A stretch of DNA of 32,000 nt from Candidatus Altimarinota bacterium (GTDB lineage: Bacteria; Patescibacteriota; Gracilibacteria; UBA1369): the NCBI GenBank assembly GCA_041659405.1, contig JBAZYK010000001.1:90001-122000 (forward strand), read 5' to 3'. Of this stretch, positions 28,001 to 32,000 are shown in pieces. The notes beneath the pieces were generated by a model that did not search any database, was not told the origin of the DNA, and was given only the letters and a program-made list of their open reading frames with translations. Position numbers and translations under genes: made by a program. Every line of letters begins with the position of its first letter. Positions within the stretch are counted from its first letter, which is position 1.

Positions 28001-31000
28001 CGACTTCATCCTTTACCACAAGTTTAAATCCAAGTTCCAATTCGTCAAAAGGATTCAATGCAATCAATGACCAGCTTTCAATGGCCGAGTCTTTCGGTTC
28101 ATTTGCCGAAGATGCCCGCAAAAAATTCACGGAAGGCACTCGTTATTTGGCTGCTGTAAGCGGCCCACCGGATACTGCCGGCAATTTTACTCCGCAGGTT
28201 ATTCCTAAAGGACTTTATATTTATAATCCGGTTGATCAGATCAACGAGCGTTTAATTAAATATACCGCTGAAGTTGATCAACCGGCGCAAATGGCTTTTA
28301 TTGATGCGAATGCCGACTCCGATGAAGACTTCTTTTACGCTTATGGCAGCAATATTTACATGAAAGAAAATTATAAGATTCCGGATGTTCCAACATTTTA
28401 TGCCGGGGATCCAAAAGAATATCAGTTGAGCGATATATTGCCGGCTGCTCCGGAAGTTAATAATTTTGAAACGGTTTTAAATAATAATAAAAATATTGAA
28501 CTTACGTGGAATATGGCAACCTATAGCGATGTTTCCGGATACGAAATTGCTTACGGCTTAACACCGGATACTTTTGCGGGGGCTGCAGATGAACCTTCAA
28601 ATCTGCCGGTTCATAAAATTGGTGCGCTGATTGATTCTGCAATTTTGCCTAACAATGAAGATCAGGTTATTAAGGCAATAATCAAGAAAGGAACTTATCA
28701 AATAAATGGGGTGCCACCTGCCGCAGACGGCCTTGTTACCGCTGATCAGCCACTGCAAACCGATGACGGCAGTGAGGTTGAATTGAATTACAGCGCCAGC
28801 GCAAAAGTTACGGTGCCGGGTAATGTTATGTTTAGGCCGCCAACAATTTCAGGTCCGCAAATGGTCGCGGCCAACGTGCAGGGTGATGTGTTTTTCAGCG
28901 GACCGCAGCGCACTATTTTACTTTCCGGTTCCAATAAATTCCAGATTCCCGCTAATGCTTCCATCCACGCAATGACGGCAACAGCTTTGAATTTTTATGT
29001 TAAAGATCAGCTAACTGCGACTATGCTATTGCCGCTAAACGCCGTGTTCCAAGTTTCAAAAAATTATACGGATCCAATTTCCATTCAGGTTCAAAATGGT
29101 GGAATAGAAGTTGTTAATCCGGATAAAATCGTTCCTCATCAACGAATAATTAACGGTTTGATAATGGATTACGATCTGCCAATTACGTCCGAGAATGGCG
29201 GCACGGCCAATGTTCTGTTTGCGAATGGTTCTTATATGCGGGTTGATGTTAATGAAGATCTAACTTTTAAAAAACTAAATGCCACCGATACGCCGGACCT
29301 TAAACTCGAGCTGCCAAATGGCTTCTATTACGCACGTATTCGTTCTTTTGATCACCTGGGTTCACTTGGCACAGTTTCCAGTTTGAATCTTTTGGCTCCG
29401 ACAATTTGTGCCGATAAATCAGATCCATTCCCAAATGGTGGTGAAAGTGAGCGAACAGTTTCAATCTTTAAGACTTTAAAAATTGACTCTTCCAAGTCTT
29501 TTGCGCCGGACGGGAAAATTATTTTGTATTATCTTGATACCGATTTAACCAAAGACAGTGACAACAACGGTGACCTTACAGATGATAAAAATATGGGTCA
29601 CGACTTGGATACCCATGCCGATTCCGATGGCGATGGCATAACCAATAATGACCTTGATGCCGCGGTTTTTGAACTTGGACCATATACCGATCTTAAAGAC
29701 CGTGAAGTGATGTTGAATGTTGTGGATGAAGGCTTAAATCGCGCTCAGCAAAAAATCACTATTCATGTGGTTGTGCCGAATATCAAACTTGACCCGGAAA
29801 CCGCTACACAGGGCAAGATCCAGGGAAGTATCAACATGCCGGAAAACAATATTCCAATTGCCTTTGTGCGTGATCGTGGCGGTGTTTTGACGCCAATTCA
29901 AACTAAATCAGCCAATAGTAATGGAAAATATTTCACAGATGATAATGGAAAATTTGTGGTGAATGATTTGAATTTGAAAGACACGATTGTAATTAAGAAC
30001 AGTCAGGGACAAATTATTGGCGAAGTTGATCCAAATACCGGAAAAGTTATTTTGAAGGATAACCGCTATCATTTGGAAGTTTTGCCTGCAGAAAGGCCTC
30101 TTTTGCCAACTCGTATTGTTACCAAAGAAACAGCCACCGGCCTAATTATCAATACGATGCTGCTGATTCCGGATGCGAATACAGATACCACAATCGATAA
30201 ACCGGATCTGGTTTATAACTCCACCGGTGTTGGCATATTCAATGGTGTTCATGCCAAAGATGGAAATACTTTTGATGAGTTTGAATATAATAAAATTCCT
30301 TCCGATGATGCCAATTATCCGGGTGGAATTGAAATCACAGAAACAACAACCAAAAAACGGGCCGCGATTTTGGATACCGGTGGAAATTTCTATGTGCTGG
30401 ATAGCCGCTTAAGCCTGCGCTTAAAAGACACTACTTCTTTGGAAGATCCGCTGGTGATTGAAATTGTTTTGAATAAAGATTCCGCAAGTACGGTTATCGG
30501 CGAGTTCTATGTTGCCGTACACAGCACTAAGGGTTTGCAAATGCTGCCAAAGGCCAAGTTCCAATCTTATGTGGACCAGGCCAATAGCCGTGGACCTTTG
30601 TATGACAGCGACAATGACGGCATGCCGGATCAATGGGAACTTATTTATGGCTTAAGTCCAAAAGATCCTACCGATGCCGGCAAAGATAACGACAACGATG
30701 GTCTGACCAATCTGGAAGAATATCGCGCAAGCACTTCTCCACTTAATCCGGATACAAACGGTGATGGCATTTCTGATGGTGATGAATTGAAATATGGCCG
30801 TGCTCCTGGCAAAAAACTGGTTCTGCCTTACAGCGATATTGCGCAAAATCATCCTTACTATGAAAGTATTTTCAAGTTGTGGATTCGTCGCATTTTTGAA
30901 GGAATTCCGGGCTGGGGAAAGCAGTTGTTTGAACCTGATTCTTATCTTACACGTGCCGAATATGCGGACTTAATGTTGAAGATTTTCTGTATTATTCCGC

Positions 31001-31959
31001 GTAAGGAAGCCTATGACGGCCCTTCACCTTTTAATGATGTACCGTATGTAAAAGGCCAATTGCCATGGTATTACGCCATTATCAAAGAAGCTTTTTTCCA
31101 GGGTTTTGTTACAGGTTATCTTAAAGATGCTAAACAAATTCCTTACAAACCAAATGGCACTATTTCACGCGCGGAAGCGGTTAAAGTGATTTTGGAAGCT
31201 CTACAAAAACAGGGAGTGATTGAGATGGGCCAGATTCCGGCATTACCCGCTGGAACGCCTTATTATGCGCCTTACATGCAAATTGCCCAGGATTTGACGC
31301 CTTATTTAAAGAAGGCCGGATCTGTTAAAAAGCCATTTATTGTTACTGCGGATGAAGCAGCGCGGCCGGAAGATCCATTAACAAGAGCCGGATTTTTGGC
31401 TATGGCTGACCGCGTTTTGACAACTTCGGATTGTTCGGTACTTGATGATGATCACGATGGCATGCCAAGTCACTGGGAACTATTAAATGGCTTGAACCCA
31501 CACAATGCCAGCGATGCGGCAAAAGATCCGGACCGTGATAACCTAACCAATTTGGAAGAATATAAACACGGAACCGACCCGCATAATCCGGATACGGATG
31601 CTGGTGGCGTTAATGATGGCGATGAGGTCAAGAAAAATGGCACATTCCCGCTTGATCCGGCTGATGATCATTCGCAGCCACTGATTTCCGCGCCTGCCAA
31701 TTTGCCTGATCCACGCAGTGATTTGACCGAAGGGGTCTACATTATTCAGGATCCATGCGCAACTTGTCCTTGTCCTTCGGCAATCGACCACACCGCCGAT
31801 CTGATTGTTGGTGATAAAGTTTTTGGTTTGATTTCCAATAATGACAAACTCAAGCCAATAATTTACAGCAAGAGCAACGAAGTTGAAATTACCGAAATCC
31901 CGCAGCCGGATGCCGCGGCAACGTCACATGTGATTATTGAAAAAGTCGTTCAACAATAA
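16009..31959 (+). CDS. Giant (5316 aa) multidomain secreted/surface protein with SLH, TSP3-like, Ig-like, DUF11-like and FG-GAP-like regions
   Basis: Uninterrupted ORF starting [33 protein letters not shown] (signal-like). Internal motifs are listed separately. Confidence 0.9.
   Translation: [5316 protein letters not shown]
20155..21310 (+). other. TSP3-like Ca-binding / SLH / TSP3-like sandwich, internal copy
   Basis: [214 protein letters not shown]. Confidence 0.8.
21360..22500 (+). other. Tandem Ig-like (invasin/Big-like) domains
   Basis: [34 protein letters not shown]..., [43 protein letters not shown]..., [39 protein letters not shown]. Confidence 0.65.
23790..24210 (+). other. FG-GAP/VCBS-like beta-propeller repeats
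   Basis: [73 protein letters not shown]. Confidence 0.75.
24515..24840 (+). other. DUF11/CARDB-like extracellular domain
   Basis: [43 protein letters not shown]...[22 protein letters not shown]. Confidence 0.65.
30600..31640 (+). other. TSP3-like Ca-binding / SLH / TSP3-like sandwich, C-terminal copy
   Basis: [173 protein letters not shown]. Confidence 0.8.
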
Positions 31960-32000
31960 CTATTTATGTCAACGTGGTGTTGTCCTCTGTATGCCCTTTT

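Noticed and set aside
16937-31791. Numerous 60-170 aa minus-strand or out-of-frame ORFs inside the giant gene (e.g. 26682-27188, 22747-23070)
   Set aside because: They lie antisense to, or shifted within, a strongly supported 5316-aa coding frame and show no independent motifs.

Overview
The window reads as a cell-surface / type IV pilus neighbourhood with a small accessory island embedded in it. Standard genetic code fits. The lineage is undetermined, though the gene style would suit a Patescibacteria/CPR-like genome (inference). In order: (1) 3' end of a PilB/GspE ATPase and a full PilC/GspF platform protein. (2) Three paralogous S-layer-homology (SLH) surface proteins (1982-3625, 3718-6870, 8168-11038), each with an N-terminal membrane segment, Ig-like/FlgD-like region, low-complexity linker and C-terminal SLH block. 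(3) An AbrB/MazE-like + PIN (VapBC-type) pair between the second and third SLH genes, bracketed by direct repeats. (4) A type IV pilin-like (prepilin) gene. (5) An array of three divergent PIN-domain genes (12351, 13454, 14375). Each overlaps a 41-48 aa basic ORF absent from the supplied ORF track, and these small ORFs share the C-terminus SVK[F/Y]I[H/Q]SNR-stop. Each PIN gene is preceded by a long near-identical intergenic repeat, and nucleotide identity runs into the first PIN codons before stopping abruptly. (6) A minus-strand coiled-coil protein with a 57-bp tandem repeat. (7) A giant 5316-aa surface protein (16009-31959) with SLH, TSP3-like calcium repeats, Ig-like, DUF11-like and FG-GAP-like segments, containing a large internal duplication. 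The most promising candidate for an undescribed system is the PIN/small-ORF cassette array with its conserved flanks and variable cores.
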